DNA of 64,000 nt from Psammoneis japonica. Its lineage: Eukaryota. The notes beneath the pieces were generated by a model. That model searched no databases, had not been told where the DNA came from, and saw nothing but the letters and a program-made list of their open reading frames with translations. The translations under genes were made by a program, and so were the position numbers. The stretch is from contig QPGO01000086.1 in assembly GCA_008632985.1 (NCBI GenBank), positions 248,001 through 312,000 of the forward strand. Reading direction: 5' to 3'. Positions 1-13,106 of this stretch are shown piece by piece (the first letter of the stretch is position 1; the number at the start of each line of letters is the position of its first letter).

Positions 1-272
1 GACCGGAAAGGGTCGAACGAGTAGGTAGGCAATGAGGCTGGCTCTGGGGAGGGATGTGACTGCCCACGCCACAACTCAATATTTTGGTCATTGAGATCCG
101 GGTTACTAAGAACGTTACAACATGATACTTACCCGTACAAAATCATTTTACGGGGTAATAGACTACCTTGAACCTGTACATTCGATGCGTCGATGCGATA
201 GAGATAATGAAATCGTCGTGATAAAGGACTTATATATCCTACTCTAAATCCTAAGCGCCATAAAGGAGCAAC

Positions 273-1109
273 ATGCGTGCTTGTCAGTTCTTGTTTTCTA
301 TAAAGTGCGTTGCTGTAACGACAGCAGCGTTCACGTTCACAGGCAAGGACAGAATTAAAAGCGCACAGGTGACGACAACGACGACTCCATCACGACCTTG
401 TTCTACTACATTTTCTTTTGCGCTTCAGGAATCGGTACGAGTAGGCAACAACGGTTCAAACGACATCGTGCCCTTCAGCTCTCTGAAACGTCGCGATGTG
501 TTAGTTTCATCGGTTTTGAGCGGTATTCTGTGGATCGACACACCTCCTCGTACTGCGCAAGCACAAGAAATGCCACGTGAATCTGCCTTGTCTGCAGGAC
601 GACGACAATGCAAAACCACATCGGATCCATCCAAAACGACGGTAACTTGTTTGGGTGATTTGCGCCAATTCAATGCCGATGGTCGGTTATCGTCCATTTC
701 GGCAACCACCAATGGCATTTCCACGTCAGCCATCAAGAATCCGGAACGATACCGACTTCCATGGACCTATGTTCCACAAACGTCCGACCCAAACGTGGCG
801 TGGGAGTCTCTCGTCCAAACCATAAAGGACGATCCTACACTGGAAATTGTAGAATTGAACAAGGACGATTATTATTTACACGCGACATCACCAACCCAAT
901 ACCCTCCGGGCTTTTCTTCGGAGCAAGCAGCCGGATTGGATGACTTGGAGTTTTTGCTCAGGCCGGATGACAATTTAGTCTTGTATCGGAGTGCCAGTCG
1001 AAGCTCACTCTTTGTGTATCCCATTACCCAACCCGTGAGTGATCGAGATACTAATTTAAAGCGACTCGACAAGATTCGAAATGCATTGGGATGGGGTGAA
1101 CTGGGATAA
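273..1109 (+). CDS. DUF1499-family protein, probably plastid (thylakoid lumen) targeted
   Basis: 278-aa ORF. Signal peptide ending AAF, transit-like S/T-rich stretch and RRDVL twin-arginine motif. C-terminal NGISTS..PWTY, DDLEFLL..VLYRSASR and N.KRLDKIRNALGW motifs. Confidence 0.8.
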   Translation: MRACQFLFSIKCVAVTTAAFTFTGKDRIKSAQVTTTTTPSRPCSTTFSFALQESVRVGNNGSNDIVPFSSLKRRDVLVSSVLSGILWIDTPPRTAQAQEMPRESALSAGRRQCKTTSDPSKTTVTCLGDLRQFNADGRLSSISATTNGISTSAIKNPERYRLPWTYVPQTSDPNVAWESLVQTIKDDPTLEIVELNKDDYYLHATSPTQYPPGFSSEQAAGLDDLEFLLRPDDNLVLYRSASRSSLFVYPITQPVSDRDTNLKRLDKIRNALGWGELG

Positions 1110-1395
1110 AGATGAACAAAGCGAGGCTTCTTGCTGGCATTCCACTTACAAGCCTTGTCCGTTATTTTTTATGCTACTACCGCAAGCTAGTTATAACACG
1201 CTAAGGCCTTTTCATGCAATGTAATTCACTAGTAGAGGGACTGTGAAACGATGACTAGAGAGAAAACCGAATCAATCGATGCAAACTTGGAAACGGTTAT
1301 ATAGTCGAAAGTCGCGTTGTTGTGGCATTGCTACCTTCTCTTCAGAGAGACTGCATATAAAAGTACCGGCATGTATTGACCACGCCCCCTGCTCA

Positions 1396-1780
1396 ACATG
1401 CAAAGTCTCTTGAGAATATTCATATAATGAATCTTCAGGGGTATCTCGTAAAATAGGGAATAAAGAAAATATACGGCAAGTATCTGTAGTTTCGCACCTC
1501 TAGCTACTTTCCTCCACTAGAAAAAGAGCTGCTGCTCGTATCCATACCTACTACTATCCAAGGTACACACTGTCGGGTTGAGCGTTCGAGCATGACATGC
1601 AAGTCTCTTTTAATGAATCATTAGAGGTACCTCGTACGTACAATACGGAATAAAGAAAATATACGGCATGCACTTGTAGTCTCACCTAGTAGCCATTTTT
1701 CTCTGGAAAGAGAGCTGCCGCTCGTGTCCATACCTGCAAACATCCAACATACAAACTGCAGAGTTGACAGGTTGAGCAAG
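1396..1780. repeat. Diverged tandem duplication (~200 bp period) between convergent genes
   Basis: acatgca(a)agtctctt, aatgaatc, ggaataaagaaaatatacggca, agagctgc.gctcgt.tccatacct and ggttgagc each occur twice in the same order. Confidence 0.8.
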
Positions 1781-1786
1781 ACCTTT

Positions 1787-3078
1787 TTAGCTACCACGAT
1801 AGTAATCCCACGCATCGCCGAAATGAAGCCACTTGAAACCTCCAAATGCTGCTCCACTATCAATCTGCTTGACTAGAATGTTTGCACAAATCAACCAGAC
1901 TCGTTCGTCCGCTCCGGGCAATAGACCCCTCTTGATTGCATCTACAGCCCACAATTCGGACTTGGCCAATTCAAGCGCTCGCAACACCTTGAGACTGTGA
2001 ACCTCCAAGGCAGGATTCGCTCGGAGTTGCGACTCGCATTCGTTCCAATCCAAGTCTGCCGATTGATTCATGAGGTTTGCAATGTCAATGGTAGGGTAGC
2101 CACGAGCACGATGCCATGCCAACATGGCTACAAAGTGATATCGGCACAATGTGGCAGCAACGTTATTGTTGTTGTCTGGAGGAATGGCAATACTTGCCGC
2201 AACGAAACTGCCGAAGTTAAGCAATGCGCCAAAAAGAAATCGAGACGAGGTTCCTTGCCAGGAGTGGCAGAAATGGAACCAAATACAATGGCCAATGCTC
2301 CAAGGAACAAATGTTCAAAGGCAGTTTGGACGTCTGTCACGGGAAACATGTTGTAGTACTTTTGCATCACGTCGGTACGAGAAATGGTATAGTCGACCTT
2401 GTCGGGATTGTCTCGTGTCGGCACATCCACCAGCGCCGGGTCGGAACTCATGGCATTCAACACATGCAAGACGCGATTTCCACCAGACGTTTCGAGTGGC
2501 GGTTCCTTCTTGTTGACCTTGTCCAGAGGCTGGAGAGATTCGATAGCCGTCTGGAATTGATTTTTCGTCGTACACTGCATGGCCAAGGCCTCAATCAACA
2601 AAAGTCGAGCCGTTTCTGGTTCACTTGTGATGAGCTCACAAGCATAACCCAGGTGAATAAGTGCGTGAATGGCTCCTCCAAGGAGACGACTTGCAGCACG
2701 AGGATCGAAGGCGTACGTCAAGACGGCATTCGTCAGCTCTTGTTGGGATGCTCCTACTCCTATTTGCTGATCAAAGAAATCGAGAAAGTTCCCAGACGCC
2801 TTGACTCCTCCATCCATGCGCTCGTACCAATTTTCGACAGTTATTTCACCAACACTTGACAACGGTTTTGGTCGATCTTGTAGCATTTTACTCTGTGCCT
2901 TGTAGTGTGCCTCGAGCTCCTCATCCGTCATATTGTGCATGGAATTGAGAGAGAGCAAACCATGACACAAGTGAGTGTGGAAAAAGCCTGAAAAGTAAAT
3001 GTCTTTTTGCAAGTGAGCCGTCTTGAGCAAATTCCTCAAGACTGCCGACAGCGTCGTTGTGAATGGTTCCAGCGCCAT
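1787..3078 (-). CDS. Questin oxidase-like (HypA/AflY, DUF4243) oxidoreductase with one frameshift near 2178
   Basis: Motifs FHTHLCHGLLSL, GGAIHALIHLGYA and RLDFFLAHCLTS. ORFs 2128..3078 and 1787..2224 join if one C is restored in ttcctc(c)cagac, giving LPFLPDNNNN. Confidence 0.75.
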
Positions 3079-4002
3079 GGTGCTTATTGTGATGTGTGCT
3101 GTATGTGACCGTCATCAAAATAAGAAGTTGATTGACTTGTCATGGTCCGCCCGCCTGGTGGTGCGCAGTGCTGCTGTTACCACTTGTACATAGATTCTAC
3201 GTAGGTTTTGTACCACATTGAAAGACTCATAACCCACAAAACGATGGCGTTCATGACGTCATCGACCCCTCTGACTTGCCCGACTGTATTTTTGAAATTT
3301 TAGTAGAATTCTACACAGCCCAGTACAAAGAGCGAAAAGATCGGGAAGTTCGCAAGAACATCGGCGTCAAGACAAGTTCTCTCTCACAATTCTCACCTTT
3401 TGCGCCTAATGCAATGCTCATGATGAGAATGCCAGTCGAAACGGCCTTCTTCTTCTCTACACAAGGCGAACGCTACAAGGATGGGAACTGTTGAAGAAAT
3501 TGCCGCAGATGTAAGCAAGCCGCCTTTGCTGATTCGTAAATGATGATGAACTGCAGCGAACAAAGTACATGATGCTGCCGCTGTACGATTTTCGGGAATC
3601 TTTCTCTCGAGGTATGCGAGTATATGGATCACTACTTGTTGCACCCCAGAGCTTTTGTTGAGTCGTCGATGCATGTTCCGGGGCATGGGAATGGTCCTGA
3701 CTGATCCTACTTGTGGGGGGGGGTTCGTTCTGCGCTCCATCTCCCAGCTGAGGTTCCAAGTGCCATCATTGTTTTCCCTGTCTGCGTTTATTGAATGATA
3801 AAACAGCCGTACACAATGTGACTCTCTCTGGCCGGCAGGCAGAGCGACACACCCACATTGGCAGCGTGTTTGCCTGATACACGCGGCTCTTTGCGTTACT
3901 AGTCACTACTCATGGGAGCTCTGAGCTCTGTGGTGACGGTGCTGGAGTTGCCTTCTGGATTGAATATAGGTTCCTGGTGACCAATTTTCCTTTACCTTCC
4001 AG

Positions 4003-4350
4003 TTCATGAACTAAATGACTGGACAATTTTTGAGGCGTGGAGAAAAAGTTTGATTACAAGAGGGACGTGTGTAAGTTATCTACACGGTGCTGTGTACGTC
4101 ACTACAAAAGGCCTCGCACTTGCTTTCGGTGGACGGATCATACAGAGATCTATGGTAGAGGTATGCTGCGGCTACAATCTCGATTGCTTATAAAACCTTG
4201 GGACCTATTTGCTTTTCGATTCATGAACTATGTTGGCTGGAAAATTGCGTGGCGTGAAATAAATTTTTGATCTACGAAGGACATGTAAGTTATCTAAAAG
4301 CGCTGCATGTTGTTAAAACGCCTCGAACTTGCTCGGTGGGCGGATCTTGA
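4003..4350. repeat. Diverged tandem duplication (~215 bp period), intergenic
   Basis: ttcatgaacta, ggcgtg, tgtaagttatcta, gcctcg.acttgct and cggtgg.cggatc are each repeated in order. Confidence 0.7.
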
Positions 4351-4433
4351 TGTATGCATTAAGTTTTCTTTTGTAAAGAAAAAATGGATGGATATAGCGA
4401 AAGCATAGCTAGCATATACCGCAAGGCATTAAC

Positions 4434-5778
4434 TCACTCGTTCTTGACTTGCTTCTTGTTATTGTACTCTTCAACGCGGGAAGACTGCTGGTCAAGCCAG
4501 CCTCCACTCTTGACGGCGGCCCAGTTTTGGGTGGTAAAGTGGTCGGCTTCGTTGTGAATCACGTGCTCGTACATGAGCTCGTTGATCTTGTGCAAGTTGA
4601 AAAAGGGTACCATGGGGTAGCAGTGGTGTTCGGCGTGGTAGTTGGTGTCCCATAGCAAAGTACGGATGATAAGGTTGGAACGGACACTGCGGGTGTTGCG
4701 GAGACAGTTGGGGTGCTTAGAGACCTCGCAGTCGGCATGCTCGAGGTTGCGGAAGTAGTTCACAACGGGGTATCCAGCCAAAACGGGGATGATCCACCAA
4801 AACAAAATGCCTTGGAGGCCTTGAAGAGTGCGGCCCAACGTGAGGCCAATGGTAGCGTAGATGCAAATCTGCATCAATGCAGTTCTCTGGAGTCCCTGCA
4901 TGATTCCGCTGTCGGCGCTGTAGGTCCATTCCTTGAGACTCCAGCCGGTTCCACTGTAATCGACGGGAATACCAAGGGCCGAGTTGATAATGCGTCCCGC
5001 GCGGCACTTGAAGGTCGCAAAGATGTCAAAAAACTGACGAAAGTACGAGAAGCGGCTGAATGGGAGGTTGCGGAAGCCTGGGTTCTCGAGCTCCTCGCGA
5101 GTGTAGAACGAAGTCAATTCAGGGTCCTATGAAACAGAAAGAAACGGGAAAGAGATGATTGCGTGAGATACTGACGCTATGTCCTATGATGCCAAGAGAG
5201 CTCCAATCCATATCAAAACTTACCTTATCAATATTGTTGGTAAACGTGTGGTGCTGCTTGTGCATGACGCGCTCGTGAGCACCCAACTCGAAACAAAAGA
5301 CCCCGGTGAAAAAGAGGCAGACATCATTGATCCACTTGGTCTTGAAGGCATTGCGATGAAGAAACTCGTGCTGTCCCGCAAAGGCAAAGCACTGGAACTG
5401 AAATCCGTAGAAAAAGTACAAGGGTACAAAGATCGCCAACGTCTCGAGGGAAACATCGCCACTCAAAATGGCCGGGTAGACTTGAAGGCGATGAATGGCG
5501 TATGCGGTCATTGCCATGATGCTAAGGTTGATGGTGAGACGCTTGAAGCCTTGATAGTCCGACTTTCTCATGAGCTTGAGCAAGACGCCATCGTCGAGGA
5601 TGCGATCACGCTTCTTGCGCTCGCTGTGCTTGACATCGGTCCAGTCTTCAGCGTCGCTGTTCATCTTGGTGAGACCGTCGGTGTCGGCGTTCTTGTCGAG
5701 CAGCTCTGTAATGAGAGCATTGTCGTCCTCCGTCGACTCGGTGGTAAAGGAAGCAGGCATACGGGCGTTGGGAGCCAT
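4434..5778 (-). CDS. Membrane fatty-acid desaturase-like protein (MocD-like His-box family), 2 exons, intron 5127..5223
   Basis: Three His boxes QHEFLH, HKQHH and YHAEHH. The GT..AG intron restores IDK|DPEL. ATG at 5778 chosen as the likely start. Confidence 0.85.
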
Positions 5779-6336
5779 GATGAATGAAAGAGGAGACAAC
5801 GTTCGGATTTTTGACACAACAAAGTGCTCGACTTTTGTTTTTGTGAGACGCAGATTTGCTTTTCACAAATGCAACCGCTGCTCAGCTCACCGTACGATTC
5901 TACGAGTGCAGTGACGCTGCTTCAGCAATGCAATCAAATCTTGTGAGAGTTGACACGGGGTGACATCAAAAGGGTGACATCAGAGGTGAAAAGCGTAGGC
6001 TCAGGTTCAATCGACTACGATGGTGTAGGATTTCGTAGTAACCGGTATCTTTCTTGACACCTGCGACACTTGTGACGTCAGCTTTTTGCGAACCCTTGAC
6101 TCACAAGTCACAATAAAAAAAAACAGCTGGTCGTTAAATAAAATTTTCGAAAGTTGTTAAATATGTTGACGCGCAGTGTCAAAACGTTAAATAGTGATCC
6201 GTGTTTTGCTATTCGAAAATGCAATCGCGCGTTCTTGTCCGCGACCAAGACCCCCACCAGCCTCAAATCTTTGACAAGCCATCAACAACGCACTGCCAAG
6301 CATCACTCAGCATTACCCACTTCCACTTGGAATATC

Positions 6337-7392
6337 ATGAAACTTCCACCAATCGCAATGGCCGCCGGTGTGTGGCAACGACAATGGGAAGAGGATCCAC
6401 TGGGCGATGAAGAAGGAGCGGATCGAGACACGTTGGTCTTGTGGACGCAATCCAGTCAGAGCGGTATTTACGTTGACATTCGCCTCCCAAAAGAGAGTCC
6501 GGGCCGATCGATTGAAGCCGCCAGAGCAATCCAAGCGAAACCGAATCCTGGCGCACTTGCTGCAACAGATGGTCCGCAATGTTCACACCATAAAGAATGT
6601 CTACAGAAATTGCTTCAACAAAAATCGTTTGCCGGAGTTCTTGATGTGAAACTTGGCGACACAACAGACTCGGGAGACGCTCTGAAAAAGGATTCGGAAT
6701 TGTTAGAACTGACGAAATGCAAAGAAGAAGGCGCCATTCCACTCAATACTTGTTTTTGGCGCCGCGACATTGACTACCAACCACCGAGTGGAGGGTTGGA
6801 CATTGGAGTGTGTGCCTCGGGACCTCCAGATGAAAGTGATGGCTCGGTGCTGCTACGTGAAACCGGTGATGACGCTAGCTATGCGGAAGGTTGGTTGCGA
6901 TTACCGGGCACTGAAAAGGGACCATTCACGGCTTTGAAGCTCATTTCAGAGAATGGTAAAGATCGAGATGGATACTGGGTCCGAGCAGGCTCCAGGTTTG
7001 CCTATGCCGTGGGCCGACCCAATACTGTCGAGGCAGCGCGTGATCTGAAATGCTTGGAAGATTGTACCAAAATCAAAGATTGTGTCGGAATGAATCTCTC
7101 GAAAGCAGTCGAATCACTTACCACGGACGAAGAAAAAATGGTGAGACTGGCACTCAGTTATGTGGCGGTCGCGGGAGAGATTGACAAGGACGGCAAATGG
7201 CAGATTCTTCATGGTACAAATCCGGATCTTGTTGGATGTACTTTATTTGGCAATCCAAACAATGATTCTCTTTGCTGCAGTCGACTGACTCTTGATTCTT
7301 CTGGCCGCGTCCAGCAGCACATCGAACATGATATGCGGCGTGTGACGAGGGTTTGGGAGGTTGTAGAGCAAGTCGATTGCGAGTTGCCATAA
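6337..7392 (+). CDS. HRI1-like protein (start uncertain; ORF is open from 6154)
   Basis: Motifs W.R.WEE, DT.VLW.Q...YVDIRLP, SFAG, WRRDIDYQPP..LDIG and LRETG....YAE.W.RL. Confidence 0.65.
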   Translation: MKLPPIAMAAGVWQRQWEEDPLGDEEGADRDTLVLWTQSSQSGIYVDIRLPKESPGRSIEAARAIQAKPNPGALAATDGPQCSHHKECLQKLLQQKSFAGVLDVKLGDTTDSGDALKKDSELLELTKCKEEGAIPLNTCFWRRDIDYQPPSGGLDIGVCASGPPDESDGSVLLRETGDDASYAEGWLRLPGTEKGPFTALKLISENGKDRDGYWVRAGSRFAYAVGRPNTVEAARDLKCLEDCTKIKDCVGMNLSKAVESLTTDEEKMVRLALSYVAVAGEIDKDGKWQILHGTNPDLVGCTLFGNPNNDSLCCSRLTLDSSGRVQQHIEHDMRRVTRVWEVVEQVDCELP

Positions 7393-8107
7393 GCCGAGAC
7401 AGTTTTAATTCGTTAGGAGTGGGTACAAACTCATTCACTACCTCTTTGTTTTCAATGGACGCAACCATGCGCTGTTAGATACTTGGCAATGTATATTGCA
7501 GCAGACACCTCCAATACCCTCCATTGAATAGAGGACAATTACTTTCTTTCGACGCGCGCCTTTCAACGGGAATGACAGACGACAGATAATGAAAGCAGAC
7601 TCCTTTGGAAAACACAATACTAGTAGCTTACGGTAGGTGAGAAATGTCTTTGTGGGTAGTACTTTTACCGATGCGTACGGTCATTTTCCGATTACATGTT
7701 GTGGTCGGTCAGAGTTGTTTCAAGCAAGGTGTTGGTGGGAAAGTGAACATACATGCCACACCAACATTTCCCGGTGGTGTCCACTCCCTGCTTTGGCTCC
7801 ACTCTTCAGCGTCTCCTGTACAGGAATCGCCGCATGAGATGAGAACTGGGGAGGGGGGATTTCTCTCTCGCGAGATTATTCTCACCCTGGACCCTGGTAG
7901 TCCATTGAATCAACGCGTCATCTCTTCGCGCTGGTTCATCAATACCTCTCCTGCTGTTTTAAAGGAGCTTCACTCTGTCGGGACAGGAAGGCTGGTGCCA
8001 TAGATTAACCATGAATAGTAGTTATGCAGTAATAGTGCTGCGGTACGAGTGTCATAGGCATATAAGTACAGAAATGTTCGAGCCCCACCTATTTTCTCGT
8101 CTTTTAT

Positions 8108-11100
8108 TCAATAGAAGCAATCGGTACAACATGTGCAAGCGACAGCCTCGCAGTCTCCCTTCAAGAGTTCCAATTCGTGATCAAATCTTAGTTTGCAAAC
8201 TCCGTTTGGGACAGCGCCGGAGATATCGTTTTGATGGAAACTGAATTCACGCAAGTGAAGAAGCGTTGAAACAGCCTGAGGAATCGTGCCCGACATAAAA
8301 TTACTTGAGATATCCAAAATTTCTGTACGCAAAAGTCAACGGCGTAAGAGACTAGTGGTTTTAATAACTCATCAAAATGAATCCTTCCTAAATGCTTACC
8401 AAGCCTGAAGAGCTGTCCAATGGACGCGGGGATGGTTCCGGAGAATGAGTTGCGCTGAACTTGCAAATCGACTAAGAAGCAGGAGCGTGAAAACAAATGA
8501 GCAAACTGAGCTTCCTCTCAGCTACACGTATACTTGCAACTCGCACAAGACTCACCCATGCTTCTCCAAGAATTATAAGAGAAAGGCAATTCACCACTCA
8601 AGAGGTTGCCATACAGATGGAGCGATACTGCAAAAACCAGAAAAAACCACCAGCAATGCAAGGTCTCTGAGGTTGCAAGCGCGCCAATACATAGTCGTAA
8701 TTCCATTTGGACTTACTTAGAGCTTGAAGTGCCTGATATCCCGTTGGTATAGCGCCAGTCAGCTCGTTGTTATCCAGGCGTAGGTTTTCTAAAAACGCAC
8801 CGAAGCAATCCCAACGGTGAGGAGTAAAATCAATAAAGATAGATTCATGATTTATAATGTCGGGTTTCATAGCGTACCAAGGGCTCTGAGATTTGAAATG
8901 CTTTGCGGGAGTTCTCCCTCGAATTTGTTTCTGTTCAACCGCAAATCAGCTGTAGTTTAATTGGGAAGATGGAAACAGCAAATATAAGCCAAATGTCAAC
9001 CGGTGGCACAGCTACGTCTCGGCGAGAGATACTCACTTAGACGCTTCATATCCCCAAAGATTTCTGGAATCTCCCCTCCGAGTAGATTGTATTCCAAGCG
9101 AAGGGACTCTAAATCACACAATTAAGTTGTGAACAAAAGTAAGCGATAGCAGGAGAAGTGTTGAAGAAGGACGCATTGGTGCGACATATTACGTACCGAG
9201 CGCAGTAAGGGCCATCAAAGATAAGGGAATTTCCCCAGTAAGCTGAAAAAACAAAGAATACGATCAATGTTAGCACCCTCGTATCTTTCGGGACCTGCGA
9301 AAAGGGAAAGATATACGGAAACTCACGCCATTCCTGCCGAGCTGTAAATCCACTGCGCAAAACGGAATAGACAAAAGTGAGAAATAGTAGAGCATCACAG
9401 AATGATAGCGGCTGCGCATAGCCTGAAACTTACAAAGGTTCGTTAAGTTTCCATATGTTGGTGGAATTGTACCAGTGAACTCGTTTTCAGCAAGATCAAG
9501 GACCTCTATGTAATCCAAAACATAATGAGCTATGAGCGAGCCAGCAGCGAAGCAAAGCCCAAACAACGGGATCCGCCCTTCGCAGCAAAACTTACGCAAG
9601 TTCGAGAGCGACTGGAGATCTGGGAGGGTTCCGGTAAGATAATTATCGGCGATTCCAAATGACTCTGTAAGACACGCAAATCAACGCCACACGATGACAA
9701 AGTGAGGGAAAGTCGAAGCCTTATTTGTTCCACTTTTCCATTGGAAACGGTACTTACGGAGCCTAGTTAGCTTGCCAAACTCGGTCGGGATTGAACCCCT
9801 AAGCTCGTTGGTACCGAGCTGCATGTGGGTGATGCCTGACAATTCTCCAAGCCATGACGAAATTGTTCCCGACAACCAATTTCCTTCAAGATTTAAGTAT
9901 TCTACGACAGAAACAACGTTGACAATGTGCCGTGGCAATGAGAAAAGACATCTTCATGACGATCCAAGCCAAAACTGAAACTTACGCAAGTACTCCATCA
10001 CGCCCAAAGCAGCAGGAATAACTCCATACATGTTATTTCTGTCAAGGTTCAATGATCGGAGATTTTCCAGTGCCGCCAATTCGGATGGGATCAGACCAAC
10101 AACATTGTTGAAAGTTAACGATAAATGAAACACAATATCAGTGTCTTCTTCGTCTGGAGGATCAAGGTAGTCGTCTTCAAGGTAGTCGTCATCATCGTAA
10201 TCGTCATCATCGTAATCGTCATCTAATGGGGGGTCGTAGTCGTCATCATCATAATGATTGTATTCGTCGTCATCGTAAGGGGGGCCAAGGTATACGTCGT
10301 CATCGTGGTAGTAGTATCCATCAGTCTCTTCAAAATCATCGTAATCGCCCTCCAGATCTTTGTATCCATCATCCTTTGCTTCGAGCTTACGATCCCAAAA
10401 AGGGACCTCCCACGTGGTTACATAGTTGCGATCAGTGCAATCCACTCCAAACCAGGTACAAACACTCTTGCCTGTCATCCAGTTGGTGGTGACGTTCCAC
10501 TTACGATCGTCCTCGTCATCAATAACGAGACCAGTTGGGCTCGCGGTTGATTCGGTGGCACCCATGGTGCTGTAATACAAGGTCGCCAACGCAAAACGCT
10601 GGACCAACTTGACACTCGTGGGTGGGGCCTCCATGGGATCCTCCTCGGAAAGCCACCACAGAGCACGCTGTTGGGGAGTGCCTATCTGCCTTAAATTTTC
10701 GAGGAATGTGAATCCGGTTTCAACCAAGAATTCTAAAATCTCATTGTACCGTGTGGAATTCTTGGGGTCTTGGTACAGGGAGGTAGGAGCCGGGGTAGGA
10801 GATGGAGTGGGTTTCGGAGTAGGGGATTGTGTACGGCGAGGAGGTCCTTTGCAATTCACAGACGAACCAGAGATAAGGCGAATCGCTGACCCGGGATGAC
10901 CTGGCCATTGACGGTGCTAGAAAACAGCCTAACCTTGCTCTTGAGGGCTAGGATTGTTCCGTCTACCTCACTATCCGAGGTGATATTAACATTCCCGCCC
11001 TTCTTATGGACGTTCCAGATAATGTCTTTGGGTTTCAATATCCCCTTTCCCGTAACCTTCGCTGCGTTGACCTGAAAGTCACCATTGATGTGGAATACCA

Positions 11101-11937
11101 CCGTGCTACTCTTTCTAGCAATCACGTTGACATCGGAGGAGATTGGGAGATCACCATCGATGCAGATATAATTGTCTTTGGTACCGAATAATGATAAATC
11201 TAACTCGGTGGGCAAGGAAGACAGCGTGGCGTGGCATTTCTTTCGGGCAAAACCTTTCGATGCTTTTATCGCTTCTTTGATCTCGCCTGATAGATCTGCA
11301 GTTCGGTCAACTGTCCCGGTCGTGAGTTCTTCAATGCCATCAGGCACGGTAGCTTGGGGCTCGAAGAGACAGCTGCCATTGACAACCTGGTTACTTTCTA
11401 GTAAACCATTGTCGGCTATGCATAAATCACCAAAGATTGCAGGACTCGATCGATTCTTGTTTCTCAAGACAACCTTCTTCATTCCTCTATCCGATCGCAT
11501 CAAGACGGCGCATCTACCAGCAGATCGCAGCATGTCGCTTGCGTTTCCGCATTTCTTCTGTTATAGATAAATAATGATAAGTGTGCGGAAACAAATGTTG
11601 AAATAGGGTTGTTCGAGATCTTTGGCTACCCCGAGACCAATCGTACCGCACACCGGGAAACTGGGAACATACGTTTTCAACCAACCTAATCATCCTTGAG
11701 TCTACTTACCTCAGAATCAAAGAGATTCCTTTGGGGACTAGCACCAGCATTGTCTGCCACATTTCCGGACACCTGTGCTCCAAGGTCTGAAAAAGACGAG
11801 ACAGAATGAAAGCCGCAGTGAGCCTCCAACGTGACGAATAAATCACAACCACAACAAAGAAATGCCGTTGGTATACCTGCTGCATCACTAAATGCCAAAG
11901 TAAAAAGGTAAAGTACTACTTTGCCCGAAACCCTCAT
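8108..11937 (-). CDS. Multi-exon secreted LRR receptor-like protein: ice-binding-like beta-solenoid, PT linker, Asp/Tyr-rich tract, then plant-type LRRs; one frameshift near 10893
   Basis: Signal peptide at 11937. PQQRALWWL..QRFALATLYY..W..CTWFGVDC cap. Repeated L.L..N.L.G.IP LRRs on short exons with GT-AG introns. C-terminal L.GDC....CTCCTDCF. Confidence 0.8.
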
Positions 11938-13106
11938 ATTTCAAGTATCGAAACGAAATTTTGTTGTTGCTAGAATACCTCTAGCTCTCTAGGAATGGTG
12001 CCTCCTGCTTTATGTTGTTAATTGTCTTCTGCTTCCTACCTACTGCATCCATCCAAGATCTCGCAATCGCGGTTCGTTGTTCCGTTGACGCTATTAGCAA
12101 TAGGTGTTAGAAATCCCTAATTGAATAAGGATCAATTTTATTGCCCTTTAGTTGTCCGGAGCAATATGTGATGGATGTCGCAGACATAAACTCGGCTGTT
12201 GACATTAAGTGTATTGGTCTCTTTTGTGAGCTCCTTTTGAAAGATTACTGAAACATTTATGTAATGCGGGGCGTGCGCACGGGACACGGGTTCGTTCGTC
12301 GTGGGCGATAAACTGTGAAGTAGGTACATAGAAGTAGGACACAAAATACAAACGCGCACTCTAGCTAGTAGTAGCCTCTACTCTAGTAGAGCTACTGTAG
12401 TACAATATTCTTTCAGTGTGCGTGGTATCCCACGTTTGAGTTCACTATATTGTCACTGCAAAGCTACGGTACATGTTGACGGCCGTACTTTTCTTCCTTG
12501 ATCGTATAATGATGCATGATGGAGAGAACGAATCATGCAGAGAAAGGTTTACCTTTTATCACGATAAAGCCCCTGCATGATACATTAGACATGATCTATG
12601 GATACAAATCCATCGCCATGAACAAACAACTTTTTTAGAAACGACAAACAATATATATTAGAGCACACTAACATACAGCTTCACGTAGCGGAAGAAGAGT
12701 TTTTCACGGTATCCCTCGCTACGTTCAGGACGCAAGTCAGTGAAAAGATATAGATGGAGAAGTTGCGGGTCCGAAATCGAGTAGGCGAGTAGAAGGGCCA
12801 AGCACCAACGCCAAGAGCAACTTTTCGACGTTGCTACACTCCCAACAGTTTTAGCTCGAACAAAAATTTAATGGAACCTCAGGGATCTCAAGAGACATGG
12901 CATTCATGATCTTCCTATAAATTCCGATGAGACTTTTCGCTCGACAGTGAGCGGCCCGGCGGACCGTGACGGAATTCTTGCAAATTAATTTGAGGATGGC
13001 TCCAAGCAGGTCAAGGAGCCGTTGGCTCTCTCTCCCAAGATCCAATAAAGATCAAACTCGTGAGAACCTTAGTCAGAGCTCACCATCCACTGACAAAGCA
13101 TATTAG

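Noticed and set aside
129..158. Imperfect hairpin ttacccgta..tacggggtaa
   Set aside because: Short and single, with no partner or context to support a function.
3276..3759. Short ORFs between the oxidase and desaturase genes
   Set aside because: No recognisable motifs or coding support.
4713..5787. Plus-strand ORFs of 139 and 202 aa
   Set aside because: Antisense shadows of the codon-biased desaturase gene.
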